Positions 38,981-51,150 of a stretch of DNA of 64,000 nt are shown piece by piece. The translations under genes were made by a program, and so were the position numbers. How positions within the stretch are numbered: position 1 is the first letter of the stretch; each line of letters begins with the position of its first letter. The stretch lies in NCBI GenBank assembly GCA_030324005.1, contig JARDVH010000059.1:56626681-56690680 (forward strand), in the 5' to 3' direction. The DNA is from Negaprion brevirostris. Taxonomy: Eukaryota. The notes beneath the pieces are model-generated. The model did not search any database. It worked only from the letters and a program-made list of their open reading frames with translations, and was not told where the DNA came from.

Positions 38981-39836
38981 AGCACTTTGCTATGACAGAG
39001 AGTGGACAGCTGGGACAGTAATTGGCCAGGTTGGATTTGTCCTGATTTGTTTTTTGCACATGATGTACCTGGATAATTTTCCACATTGTCAGGTGGATGC
39101 CTGTGTTGTGGCTGTTCTGGAAATGCTTGGTTAGGGACATGCCCAATTTTAGAGCACAAACCTTCAGTATCATTGCTGGAAAGTTACCAGGGCCCATAGC
39201 CTTTGTAGTATCCAATGCCTTCAGCTGTTTTTTGATACTTTGTGGAGTGAATTGAATTGGTTGAAAATTGATGAAACTGGGAAACACAGGAGGAGGCTGG
39301 CATGGGTTATCTACTTGGCACTTCTGGTTAAAGATTGTTGCAAATTCTTTCGCCTTGTCTTCTGTACTGATGTGCTGGGCTCCCGCCTCATTGCAGATAA
39401 TGATATTTGTGGAGTCCTGCATTGCTTAACTGCCTACTACCATTCATGACTGGATGTGACAGGACTGCAGAGGTTAGGTCTGATCTGTTGGTTGTGGGAT
39501 TTCTTAGTATATGTTGCTTATGTTATTTAGCATGCAAGTAGTCCACCAGTTTTGCAGCTGCAGCTTCACCAGATTAATTTCTANNNNNNNNNNNNNNNNN
39601 NNNNNNNNNNNNNNNNNNNNNNNNNNNNNNNNNNNNNNNNNNNNNNNNNNNNNNNNNNNNNNNNNNNNNNNNNNNNGGCCATGGGTTTTTATGACAATCG
39701 ACAATGTTTCATGGTTACTATAACTAAGACCAGCTTTTAATTCCAGATTTAGGAACTAAATTTAAATTCCACCAATTTACCGCGGTGGGGTTTGGACTCA
39801 TGTCCCAGTGCCAGGACCTGTGGATTACTAATCCAT
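38980..39836 (-). mobile_element. L2/Daphne-like LINE: RT-proximal ORF piece and, across a gap, the SINE-like head
   Basis: AQHISTEDKAKEFATIFNQKCQV…KKQLKALDTTKAMGPG…MWKI…KSNLANYCP. 39677-39836 is the reverse complement of the tRNA-like head. Confidence 0.8.
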
Positions 39837-39998
39837 TGAAATTTGGTGAAGGGGTCTGAGAAATAGCTGAGACTGAGTTGTCCCTGACCTTCCAGCTCAT
39901 GAACAGTGCAACCCAGCCTCGTAAATTCCTGGTCATAGTGAAACAGAAATGACATTGCATGGACTAAAAATTAATAAGGGGAAGGTATTAGCTAGACT

Positions 39999-40342
39999 GG
40001 AGGTCTTGTGACACAGTGGGTAGCATCCTTGACTCTGAGCCAGAAGCTCCAGGTTTGAGTCCCACCCCTGGACTTGATGGCCAAGGAAGGTGAGTTCATA
40101 ACACATCAAACAGATGAGTGGTTAATCTGCAAATCTTTCCAACATACCAATGACTAATGGTAAGTCTGGGAGAGACTCAAGGTCAGCCATGCTCGATGTG
40201 GAATGGAACCCCTCAAGCTACAAGTACCTGGAGACAGACTTGTGACCTCTTCTGGGGCTTGCTAGCTATAGAACCATACAAGAGTCTGCCCTAATGCACC
40301 ACTAGATGCAGGAAGAGAATTAGAATTGGAATTGGAATTGGA
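39999..40342 (+). mobile_element. tRNA-derived SINE ending in (GGAATT)n-like repeats
   Basis: Head ggaggtcttgtgacacagtgggtagcatccttgactctgagccagaagctccaggtttgagtccc; 3' end gaattagaattggaattggaattgga. Confidence 0.7.
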
Positions 40343-42463
40343 TAGTGTGTGCACCAGAGCCTTTTTCATCACCAGGAGACGTATCCAAGCGAGATCACTG
40401 AGGGAAGGAAGGGTGGAAATTGCGTTCTATTCTTCCTTAGTTACTTGGGTGATTTCAAGGAACTGGAGAGCACATTGTTCAAAAAAGGATTGAAGGATTA
40501 ATCTGGGAATGGCAGACTAGTTGGTGGTGAGAAAGCTTTTTGAAACAGTTTGTTAAAGGTAAATTGTGTTTAAGTAACTTGTTTAGGTAGCAGGGAGCGA
40601 CGAAGAGGTAAATGTAGTTGATATTATGTGCATGAACATCCAAAAGGCACTTGGATAAAGTGCTGCGTAATAGGTTTGACAGGAAATTTGAAGCTTATGG
40701 AATAAAAGAGACAGAGTCATCATGCATATAAATTTGGCTGAATGATCGGAAATAACAGTGTGTTTTTGAACTTAGGGACGGCAGGCAATGGGATTCTCAG
40801 GATCGATATTAGGACCACTGCTTTTCTTGCTCTGTGGGTGGAATCTTGTGAGGCTCTTCGAAACAGGAAAACAGGAAGTCGGGACACTTAAATAGGCAGA
40901 CAGCAAAATGTCAGCTTCCTGACAACAGGATGAAAGTTTGGTAGTAAGTTGGCAGTGGACTGAAGGTGCATTATGCTTCTCAATGGCAAGTGACAGGAAT
41001 CTCTTTTTAATACATTAGCATGTCATGTATGCCCATTAAAACACAACTTTAACCAGATTAACGTACACCTTTGGAATTAGGTATGCAACAAATAAGAAAA
41101 ATGTGCCTTCAGATTCATGGCTGGTTAATGTTGTTGTGCAGCAAGTGACATAGTCATCTGGCGGCTTTGGACTGAGTAGCAGCTACTCTTGTATGGGTAT
41201 TTTTGTTGTGCTGGGGAGAGGAGGCATTGATGTCTGAGACTGAATGGCTGTGAAAAGGAAAGGGGTCATGGCAGCAGAAGGTGGCAAGGGCAAAGAATGA
41301 TGGCAGCTCTATGAAGTCTCTTGGAGGCCAGAGGGAGGAAGTTGGCCTGCATAAGAAAAGTTAATGTCTATAGGTAGCAGGTCAAGCATGATTGTGGGAG
41401 ATCAAGTGTTATACATGGAAAGTAAGGATGGGGTCCTGACAGTTGGAGACTAAGAGAGGCAATGCTAAAGATAATGGAGGAAGAATTGCAGATAATGGAT
41501 GGCAGGTCAAGGGTCACCAGAGTTGGGGGCAGTGCAGGGGAGATGGGAGTTCTTGTGTAGTGGGGGTAAATTCGACCATGAAGGTTATTTGGTCATGGAG
41601 GATGATGCAAAGGGGGGCGGGGTGGGAGCGGTTACGAAAAACACCATTACAAGCACAANNNNNNNNNNNNNNNNNNNNNNNNNNNNNNNNNNNNNNNNNN
41701 NNNNNNNNNNNNNNNNNNNNNNNNNNNNNNNNNNNNNNNNNNNNNNNNNNNNNNNNNNCCAGCCAACATCCTGCTGAACCTTCTTTGTGCTCATTCCACA
41801 GCTTCTATGTTCTTCTGGTAGTGTGGTGACCAGAACTGCATGCAATACTCCAAAAGTGGCCGAAACAAGGTTTTAAATAGCTGCAATATGATTTCCCAAC
41901 TCTTGTACTCAGTGCCCACGCTGATGAAGGCAAGCATACCACATGCTTTCTTAATCGCTTTGACCACAGTGTTGCCACTTTTAGGGAACTGTGGGCCTCT
42001 ATGCCCAGATCCCTCTGTCTGTTAATGTTCCTAAGGGTTCTGCCATTTACAGTATAATTCACATCTAAATTTGATCCTCCAAAATGCATCACCTCACATT
42101 TGTCCAGATTAAACTCCATCTGCCATTTTTGTGCCCAAGTCTCCAATCTAGCTAAATCCTTTGACAATCCCCAGCACTGTTAGGAATTCTACCAATCTTT
42201 GTGACATCTGCAAACTTACTAATCAGACCACCCTCATTTTCCTCCAGATCACTTATACATACTACTACAACAGAGGTTCCAGCACTGATCCCTGCGGAAC
42301 ACCACTAGTTACATATCTCCATTCTGAAAAAAACACCCTTCCACCACTACTCTCTGTGTCCTCTGACCAAGAAGTGGAGATGCCAGCGTTGGGCTGGAGT
42401 AAACACAGTAAGACGTCTCACAGCAATAGGTTAAAATCCAACACGTTTATTTGGTAGCAAAAA

Positions 42464-42500
42464 CCATTAGCTTTCGGAGCGCTGCTCCTCCATCAGGTGA
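42464..42500 (-). ncRNA. Second hammerhead motif, core-mutated
   Basis: ucac-CUGAUGG-a-GGAGC agc GCUCC-GAAA-gcUA|augg. One core A-to-G change and one stem I mismatch. Confidence 0.5.
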
Positions 42501-42510
42501 CCTGTATTCC

Positions 42511-42551
42511 TCACCTGACGAAGGAGCAGTGAGCACTCTGAAAGCTAGTGG
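42511..42551 (+). ncRNA. Minimal type I hammerhead ribozyme motif
   Basis: ucac-CUGACGA-a-GGAG cagugagca CUCU-GAAA-gcUA|gugg. Stem I is ucac/gugg and stem III is reduced to the palindrome AGCU. Confidence 0.65.
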
Positions 42552-44338
42552 CTTTTGCTACCAAATAAATCTGTTGGACTTTAACCTGGTGTTGTGAGAC
42601 TTCTTACTGTGTCCTATGACTAAGCCTGTTCTGTATCCATCTAGGCAGCACACCCTGAATCCTATGTGATTTAGTTTTAGTACCAGTCTAGCATATGCCT
42701 TACTTACATCCATTTAATCTACATCCACAGTCCTTCCCTCATTAATTATCTTTGTCACCACTTCAAAGAACTCAATCAAGTTGGTGAGACATGACCTTCC
42801 CTGTCCAAAATCGTGCAGCTTATCACTAACTAGTCCATTTTCTTCCAAATATTCATATATCTTGTTCCTCAGTACCTTCTCCAAAAGCTTCCCCAACACT
42901 GTCGTCAGACTCACCGGCCTATAATTTCCTGGATTATCCCTACTTCCGCTTTTAAACAAGGGATCAACATTGCCAATTCTCCAGTCCTCTGGAGTCATGC
43001 CTGTGGCCAAAGACGATGTGAAGGTGTCTGTTAAGGGCTGCAGGATTGGCAGACAGGGAAATGGAGGATCTGGATGTCTCCTCAGATGAGGAAGAAGGGT
43101 AAGAAGCTGATGTTCATGAGGGAGTGGATTATGCGTCTGCTGCTACAAATTCCAAGAGTGATGGAATGGTGCACTCGACAGGCATGTGACACTCTCACTG
43201 CACCCGTATTCCAGCCAGAATGAAGTCCCTGCAAGTTCTTTTGATCTCCTCATAAAACGTCAGTGCCTAAGTGCCAGCAGAACTGATACTTGACCTCCCA
43301 GACAAATGTACAAGCTCATCTTCTCTGTCATCTTAATGGAAAAATACTACAGGCCATTTGCATGAGCAAGCCCACATGCAAGGTTTGGTCAAATCCACAC
43401 GTTAAAAGGAGATTGAGCTATGTGCAGGCTGTCTCACAAGTAGCAACATAAATTCTGGTGGGTGGCGGGGAGTGGATGCCTCTCTGGGTNNNNNNNNNNN
43501 NNNNNNNNCAAATCTTCGACCCAATGAGGCAAGGGTGGCTTATGCCCACCCCCTCTGTCTGATTGGGTGGGTTTCTTACCTCTGCCTCTCTAATTCACTG
43601 GCTGCCATGTGATCACGTGGTCAGCTACTCCCTCCACGAGCGGAAACGACATGCACTTCTAGTCCCACCGTCAGGACTCATGACCCTAGAAGATGCCACT
43701 CTATGGATGGGGCTGCAGTTATGTCAGAGAAACAACGATCATTTATCTTATATACTTAGTGATGCCATAATGAATTCAGGCACTGGATAATGGAAAACTA
43801 TAAATCCAGGAAATGAGGTAATTATTCACCTCACTCTGTCAATTACTTTCTTTTCGCTCCCCAATACAAAACAATTATCTAGTATTCATCCCTGCAGGGG
43901 TACTGCTTTACCTGTTGGTAGCCATTGCCAGCAGTTTGAACATTGTTCAAAAATTAAGTGGTACAATCATCACCAGAATCTATTTCTAATTATGTTGTGG
44001 TCAGCATACTAACAGATGCATATAATTCTATAGATGCATTTTAAGTGGGAAAATTTGTTTAAAGCTAAGGTTTAAAAAAAAACCTTTTAAAGACCATCTA
44101 CCTTAAACAGGCTGTTATGTGGCTCATTATTTTTACTTATTATTAAACTTAATAGTACATAATCTGGTAAAATTACCCAACTACTTCACTTCTGTTCAAT
44201 ACATCTCTTCTGCTGAACATATCACATTGGGAAAACCCAATATTAATTCAGTGCCAACCGATCAGGAGTTCTCCACAGGAACTGGCCTCTTTTCTACAGA
44301 GTGGAGCAAAGTGATTTAAGACCTATTCAGCAACTCAC

Positions 44339-44393
44339 CCCGAGATCCTTTAGAGCGTGTGCGCAGTCTCTTTTCCTCACTGTCTGCATCCAT
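44339..44393 (-). CDS. ST18: First coding exon (55 nt) of a MYT1-family C2HC zinc-finger transcription factor, most likely ST18
   Basis: Minus strand reads ...catgttacag|ATGGATGCAGACAGTGAGGAAAAGAGACTGCGCACACGCTCTAAAGGATCTCGGG|gtgagt, i.e. MDADSEEKRLRTRSKGSR plus 1 nt. Matches recalled N-termini of ST18 (MDAEAEDKTLRTRSKGTE) and MYT1L (MEVDTEEKRHRTRSKGVR). The family call is strong; the paralogue call is moderate. Confidence 0.9.
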
Positions 44394-46201
44394 CTGTAAC
44401 ATGGTGAAAGATGTTAATGGCATCTATTGCCTATGATTTCTGGCACTCACCTTGGCATAAATTCATAATAAACAGAACAAAGATGTTTGCTCAATAGTTT
44501 TGCACTGAGGTCACCCAAACTTATCTGAGTTATTGCTGGACAACGATCATCTCTAGTTTTTTTTGCATTCTCAGAAAGAAACTGAGTGAACAGGATGTGA
44601 TGTTACCTTAGTTTAAATGGGAAACATGACTCTTTTATCTAATGTTGTGTTGTGATTGAAAGCAGTGACCTGTATTAGATTTATAATAGGGGAGCAGGTG
44701 TGGCTATGATGGACCTTAATTTCCTTTAATAAACCTTTTGTGTGCTGCACTCATATGGCAATACGATGCTCTCTGAGGCCCTATGCATAATAGGTTCATT
44801 ACTTTTGATTACTATGGTCTATTGAGAGAAAGAACTCCCCAACACACTATATTATGTGCTGTTACATCAATATATATACCATTTATTCATTTTCTTTCAG
44901 TAGTTCACGTGCAGCACTTACAGTGATTTTAACAACTAGCCTTCATAAATTAAACTATCAAAAGACACAACTGGTGTATTTTATAGCTGGTAGAATTAGC
45001 ATCAATGTGTTTTTTTTTGCTGCATCCATCTCTCAAGTTATTTTAAATTTGATTTGGCTGTGCATAATGATAATAAATCTTTAATCTCCAACAACATTCT
45101 ATTGTGGTAAATAGACGCAAGAATGAATTTATAATATCTGTTGGAAAGATAAATCAAGTCAGATTGACATGACCAAGCTTTCTATTTTGGTACTTTCTGA
45201 GAAGGAGAATCACTTCTGTTCTAAATGAATGACGACTCGGACACACAAACATCCTTTGAACGAAACTAATTTCTGCTGCACATTGAAATTGTATAATTTG
45301 GATGCAGACGCTTAATGATAAAATTGCTTTGCAATATGCAGCAATAAAATGCATGATTTATGGATTTTATTTTAAAAAATGCAATCCTGGCCAGTTGTAG
45401 TTATTAAAAAAAACGAAATATAATGCAACGCTATATCAGCCTTCACAAAGTGTATCCAAACAATTCTTGCTGCAACTTACACTGCTTCTTCTGCACTCTT
45501 TCTTGAACCACACTGGCAGATTCCCTTCACCTAACACCTAACACCTAAGCTTGTGATGTCTGACTAAATCTTTTTTATTTAAATTTGATTTTCCTTACAA
45601 CAGGCAAGAATTAGAATTTTGTACAAGCGACACTGGAAAATGTGAAGGAAGCATTTCTTATACAGCCAGCAATTGCTTAAAAAACCCAATAAAAACTTAA
45701 AAAGTAGGGTAGAAGGGAAATGGATAAGATTCCACACATAAAGCAATTAACTAGCGATAATGAACTTGATATGTGTAGTTCTTTCAAATTAAGGGCAAGA
45801 TAGCCTGATTGATTATCAACCTTGCTCTTTAACATCAAGCCTGTCCTCAATTTAGCAAGACTTCATAAACTAGAAATTACTGAGGAACCTGCGACATTTA
45901 CATATAACATTTGCCTGTCCACTATAACAAAGGAACAGTCATATTTATTTCTAACAGGTCAGCACCTCTGAGCCGAGAGAGAATGAATGGCTTCTGCCAC
46001 TGTGCATCTTTGAAAATAGAAAATGAATTGAACTGTAAATAAAGCCAATTAGTGGCCTCTAAATTTGTCACACAGCAAATTGTAAAGTAACCCCAGTTAA
46101 AATTAAAGCATTTACTTCTAGGACCTTAGGGGTGTGCGTGTACCACTGCACCAATGAGCACATTTACAATGGAAATATTTAATAAAGACACTGAGCCTCA
46201 C

Positions 46202-46308
46202 CTTTGTCGGGTTGATGCTACAATTATCTGGTGCTTCACAGCGTCCAAGCCTTTCACTGTTTCCACGTATCAATGTCTGCTTTAACAGGTAATCCTGAAA
46301 TTCATTTT
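46202..46308 (-). other. Probable 5'-UTR exon (107 nt) immediately upstream of the ATG exon
   Basis: Acceptor tgtttttaatcttacag and donor AAG|gtgagg. Splicing gives ACAAAG|ATGG, a good Kozak context (A at -3, G at +4). Lies in repeat-free sequence. Confidence 0.65.
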
Positions 46309-48085
46309 CTGTAAGATTAAAAACATCGACAATATACTCTTGTGTTTTAACAGGAAAGTAAAACGTAAAATAAAAAGAGTCTGAATGCTTTACCAGAATT
46401 TTCTTTAAATGTTAACTTATCTGATTTTAGTAAGTTTGTTTTAAATTCTCAGATCTATACTGCCAGGTTATATCATGGTAGAGAGCAGCACCAGTTAAGC
46501 TTATTATCAACACCAATTCTATTCTTTCAATCTAAGATGAGTACGCTGAACAGCACAAAATCTCATTTCACCTCAAGTTCCTTGAACCTAACAATATTGA
46601 ACCAGAGTTGCTTTGTTTAAATAATACATTGTAAGATTAAGGCACAGCTATCAATATCTATTTCTTTTATGACCAATCAGCCAGCTTTCAAATAGAGGAC
46701 CCCACTAAACGGGGGGCACTTTATGGAGACCGCAAGAGCGGGAAATGTAGAGTGCGAGGTGGCTTAATTAGGTGGGTTGTGAAATGTCAATTTCCCAATG
46801 GTGGGTTGAGATGCAGGGGCAAAGTCAATGGTATGTGTTTGGCTTGTAGAAAATTTTGCTGGCTTTTGGTGGATTCATACTTGCAATACACATGCATGCC
46901 ATGAATGCTCATTAATTTGAAACAATTTTTAATAAAGTCTGACATTTGGGAGAAAGTCAGTAGTGTGAGAGAATCTCTTGGCTCTTCATTTGCAAACATT
47001 TAAAGGTGAAGTGCACATGTTGGCTTTGTGCAGCTGTGTGTAAGATTTGTCTTGTCCAACTCTATGGAACAGGGAGTTGTGCATGGGAATGGATTCTTGC
47101 ATAGAGGCTTAGGATTGGGTAAGCACGAATCAGAGCGGTTTTGGAGTTGGATCCGAGGCATAGAAGTGTGACATGGGAAGGGCTGGGTGTCCTGGGTGTG
47201 GTGGGGGAGAGGAGTAGGCAGTGGGGAGGGGTGGTAGAGACAGTCAGACAAGGTAAGAACATAAGGAGTCTAAGCAGTGCTTTCAAAACTGTCCAAAAGT
47301 ATGTCCATCTCAGGGTCTTGGTTAATGGAGTCTTTATAGGTCTCCGAGTTCATCTAAGATATTTCAGTTATCCCTGCTGAGAATGATCTCGGACAGTGTT
47401 CTTTCCAATGCACAGAAAGGAGGGCCAGATAAGCCACAAAATTCAGCCACATTACAAACAGTACCCCGCTGGACACTGATACAGACATTCCATGCAGAGA
47501 TGACACAGAAGCACAAAATTGTTTCTTCCATAATAAAAGAAATGTCTCTAACTCCCTGTAGCCATCAATGTGTGTTAACTATGAGACATGCTAGGACATT
47601 TATCTAAGCTGTCTCAACAAATAATAATGATGTATACATGGATGAAGTGAAACCAATGTAATGTGAAATATGTACAATTGAAGTTTGATTTTGAGAAATA
47701 TCCTTGCCACCTTTATGCTCCCAAGTCTTATGTTAATGGCAGTGTAGTTGGATAGGAAAATTGTGGCCATGATGCAGAGCACGCCCCCCACCCCCATTTG
47801 ACTAGGAGGCTCTTTAATACGCTACCTACAGATGCAGTATTGGCAACTTCAATGGGTTACACCATTGAAAAACTTTCTCAACCGTTAAACCGAACATGTT
47901 TTGCACTGACACTTAGAATTATAATTAAAATAGCAAAAGGGAAAAGGCAAAAATAGTGACAATGCACAGTTCTGGTTATGACATTGGGAATGGCACACTG
48001 TTGACAAAACTCCAGCCAAAGTCTGGACCTTACAGCCTTTACCATTATGATTTTTATTACATGGACGTTTCTGAACAGTAATATA

Positions 48086-48420
48086 GGGAGAGGCAATGGC
48101 ATAATGGTGTTATCACTCGACTCTTAATCCAGATAATGTTCTGAGGACCTGGGTTCAAATCCCGCTATGGCAGATGGTGAAATTTGAATTCAATATAAAA
48201 AAATCAGGAATTAAGAATTTACTGATGACCATGAAACCACTGTCAATTGTCAGAAAATTCCACCTGGTTCAGGGGAGGAAACCCACTGTCCTTACCTGGT
48301 CCAGGCTACCTGTGACTCCAGAGCCACGGGAATGTGGTTGACTCTCAATTCCCCTCTAGGGATGGGCAATAAATGTTGGCCAGCCAGTGATACCCAGGTC
48401 CCACGAATACATAAAAAAAA
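48086..48420 (+). mobile_element. tRNA-headed SINE with L2/Daphne-like tail
   Basis: A-box tggcataatgg (48097), B-box ggttcaaatcc (48152), tail tagggatgggcaataaatgttggcc and an A-rich end. Confidence 0.9.
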
Positions 48421-49034
48421 GTTCTTCTATTCTCCATCTTTTGCCATTGTTTATTGAAATGGGATGCAAAACATTTAGAAGGGAATCTGCAGTCTTCACA
48501 ATTTTTGTGAATTTAATTTAGACCTATTTAACAAAAGTTTTTTCCACACATTTGAATTGATCTCTTGTTAAGAACATAACTCCAAATTGATTCAATAAAA
48601 GTTTTCTGTTTTTACACTTTGATCCATGGTAAGATTTTAATCTCATTAGTATCATGTCTTCAACATCTGTAACAAGTGTGGTATTCAAAGCACTGCATAT
48701 CTTGATCTCATTTTGCAAGGTCCCTTCATACATAACCATACATCTCATTGCTATAGTATCAGCTGATGTAGAAAAGGGAAGCTACCGCAATGGCGCACAC
48801 AAATCCTGATTCTTTATCTAGTGCATTAATTGTGTCCCATAATTACATTTAGATCTATTAGTCTACAAATGACTCATACTTAAGACCTGTCTGCTATATA
48901 ATAGAGCAGTTCAATGGTTATGTTGTTAGACTAGTAATTCAGAGGATTATTAATCCAGAGAATACGAATTCAAGTTCTACTCTGCAAATACGTGAACTTG
49001 AATTTGGTTAGAAAAACTGGAACTGTTCTCTTCA

Positions 49035-49690
49035 GGACAAAGCATTTAAGGGAGATTTAACAATAGTAATAAAAATTATGAAAGGTTTTGTTCCATTGGC
49101 ATGAGGGTTGATAACCAGAGTACACAGGTTTAAGATAATTAGTAAAATAACAAGAAAGGAGATTATATTTTTAAACACAAGTTAAAATGTGGCTATTACA
49201 ATGTGGAATACACTGGCTGAAAGGAGGAACTGGGAGGCAAAATAGATTCAGTAGTACCTTTCAAAAGAGAACTGGATATATACATGAAAAGGGGGAAAAA
49301 ATCCAAGTCTATGAGAATGTGAGGGTGAGTATGATGAATAAGAGGTACAGTGAATACACTCGTTCTGTGCTGTATGATTCTGTGGCAATCCTTTACCTGC
49401 TATTTTAACAGAGAATATACCTGTTTGTTTTAAATAACCCTATACCTGTGAAAACAACAGAAAATGCAAGGTCATATATGGGTTGACGGTGGTGTAACGA
49501 TAATGTAGCTGGGCATGGGTTCAAATCCCACCATGCCAACTGATGGAATTTAATAACAATGTGCAGGGGTTCAGGGAAGAGGCAAAGAAATGGCACTAAG
49601 CCATGATGCTCATGCAGAGAGCCAGCGCTGACAATGATGGGCCAAATGGCCTCCTTCTGCACTGTAACAATTACTGTAACAATTCTAGGA
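49035..49690 (+). mobile_element. CR1 3' fragments (49035-49382; 49560-49690) flanking a SINE-head remnant (about 49480-49555)
   Basis: LREI*Q…KIMKGF…TRVHRFK…FKRELDIY; 3' UTR gatgggccaaatggcctccttctgcactgtaac. Confidence 0.65.
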
Positions 49691-50749
49691 TTCTGTCATA
49701 TAAACAATGCTTAGATTTGGACACAGTACTGTAGCTGAGGCCGAACCAGCAATTTATAAATGTTTACTATAAATCCCTTGTTGTTTTAATCTACACCTCT
49801 ACGTATAAAGTCAAGCATCTGGTCGGCTGTTTCAAGGACCGTATTAAACTGAACCAATATTTTATACAGTCCAGTTATTGATCAGTGCAAAATACTAGGG
49901 GACTATAATGCCATTTTCCAACCACTAAAATGGATCACAGTGCAAAAGTAGCTATTTCTTTTAAATGTCATGTTTAGACACAAAGGACTCCCAGCATGGG
50001 AGAAGTCCCAGCATTAAACCTGCCCACATCCACCTGTTAATGATGAGATATAATCCATATGTGCCACCTGNNNNNNNNNNTAGTAAAATGTGCACAAATC
50101 ATTTAAATTTGAACAGAAGCTTTAAGGCGTAAAACTTTTTTTTAATCATTGATGGTACTTACTGGTGATGCTGGAAAAATAATATTCAGCCTCCAAACCA
50201 GTCTTGTAGTGTTCACATTTAGTTCAATGGTTCATTTAAAAATGTGACAAAGCCAAACATTCGGACTCAAAGCAACATCAGCTAGCTGAATGTGACATCA
50301 CTTGTATGATCACAAAAATATATGTAAAAAGCAAAGAAAGAAAGGATGAACATCAGTGGACTTGTTCTTGGACAGCTAAAGATAAGTTTGAAAGGTTACT
50401 TCAGACGTGGCCTGCTGTTTGCATTTATTCCAGGGTAAATTATGCTTCATTCGCATAAATAGGCATTGATATTAATACACCCAGACTCATAATTCCTCAA
50501 GAACAGTTTTTAGTTATTCAAATCACCAAATGTTAATGAGTTGATCTACATAAATTCCAGCGCATTTCCACATGGAATCTATGGAACGCTGGAGAAGAGC
50601 CAAGGAAGACACAGTTTTTCTCTGTGCTGTGTAAATACCTTAGCTGTTTCTCCATAATACTCAAAAGATGAGCAATTTCATTCAAAGCAATTAAAAGCGA
50701 CCACGTTTTTTTGGAAGAAATAATTTCCACTAGTTGGTAAGTCAGTGGG

Positions 50750-51150
50750 ACAAACAGTACAGGCATGGTCATTGGCAATGGGACCAGAGGGGAAATGAGA
50801 TTTTTTTTTAACTTGTTATGATTTGGAAGTACTGTCTAAAAAGTTGTTTGAAGCAGATTCAATAGTAAATTTCATGAGGAATTGGATAACTATAAACATA
50901 GAAGATAGGAGCAGGAGGAGGCCATTTGGCCTTTCGAGCCTGCTTTACCATTCATCACAATCGTGACTGGTCATCCAACTCAATAGCCTAATCTGGCTTT
51001 CATAGAAACATATAAGATAGGACCAGGAGGATTTTCACCTGAAGTAGAAAAATCTGCAGGGCTATGGGGAAAAAGCAGGTGAGTGAAATTATTTAGACAG
51101 TTCTTACAATGAACTGACACAGGACTATAAGCCAAATGTATGATTCTATG
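50750..51150. mobile_element. Cluster of CR1 3' ends; a + copy is interrupted by - tails at 50895-51030
   Basis: acatagaagataggagcaggaggaggccatttggcctttcgagcctgct (minus tail) lies between + strand ORF2-end and 3' UTR pieces. Confidence 0.65.

Larger units (their letters stand above)
42372..42611. mobile_element. Penelope-type palindromic element inserted in CR1
   Basis: Inverted arms at 42404-42500 and 42511-42611. Flanking duplication ctgtgtcctctgaccaag (42354-42371) / ctgtgtcctatgactaag (42607-42624). Confidence 0.8.
41780..43030 (-). mobile_element. CR1 ORF2 RT region
   Basis: PEDWRIGNVDPLFKSGSRDNPGNYRPVSLTTVLGKLLE…GRSCLTNLIEFFE; VPQGSVLEPLL…VSKFADVT; WAQKWQMEFNLDKCEVMHFG. Confidence 0.92.

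Noticed and set aside
45958-45980. TCAGCACC half-site as a possible REST/RE1 element
   Set aside because: The right half (GGACAG) is absent.
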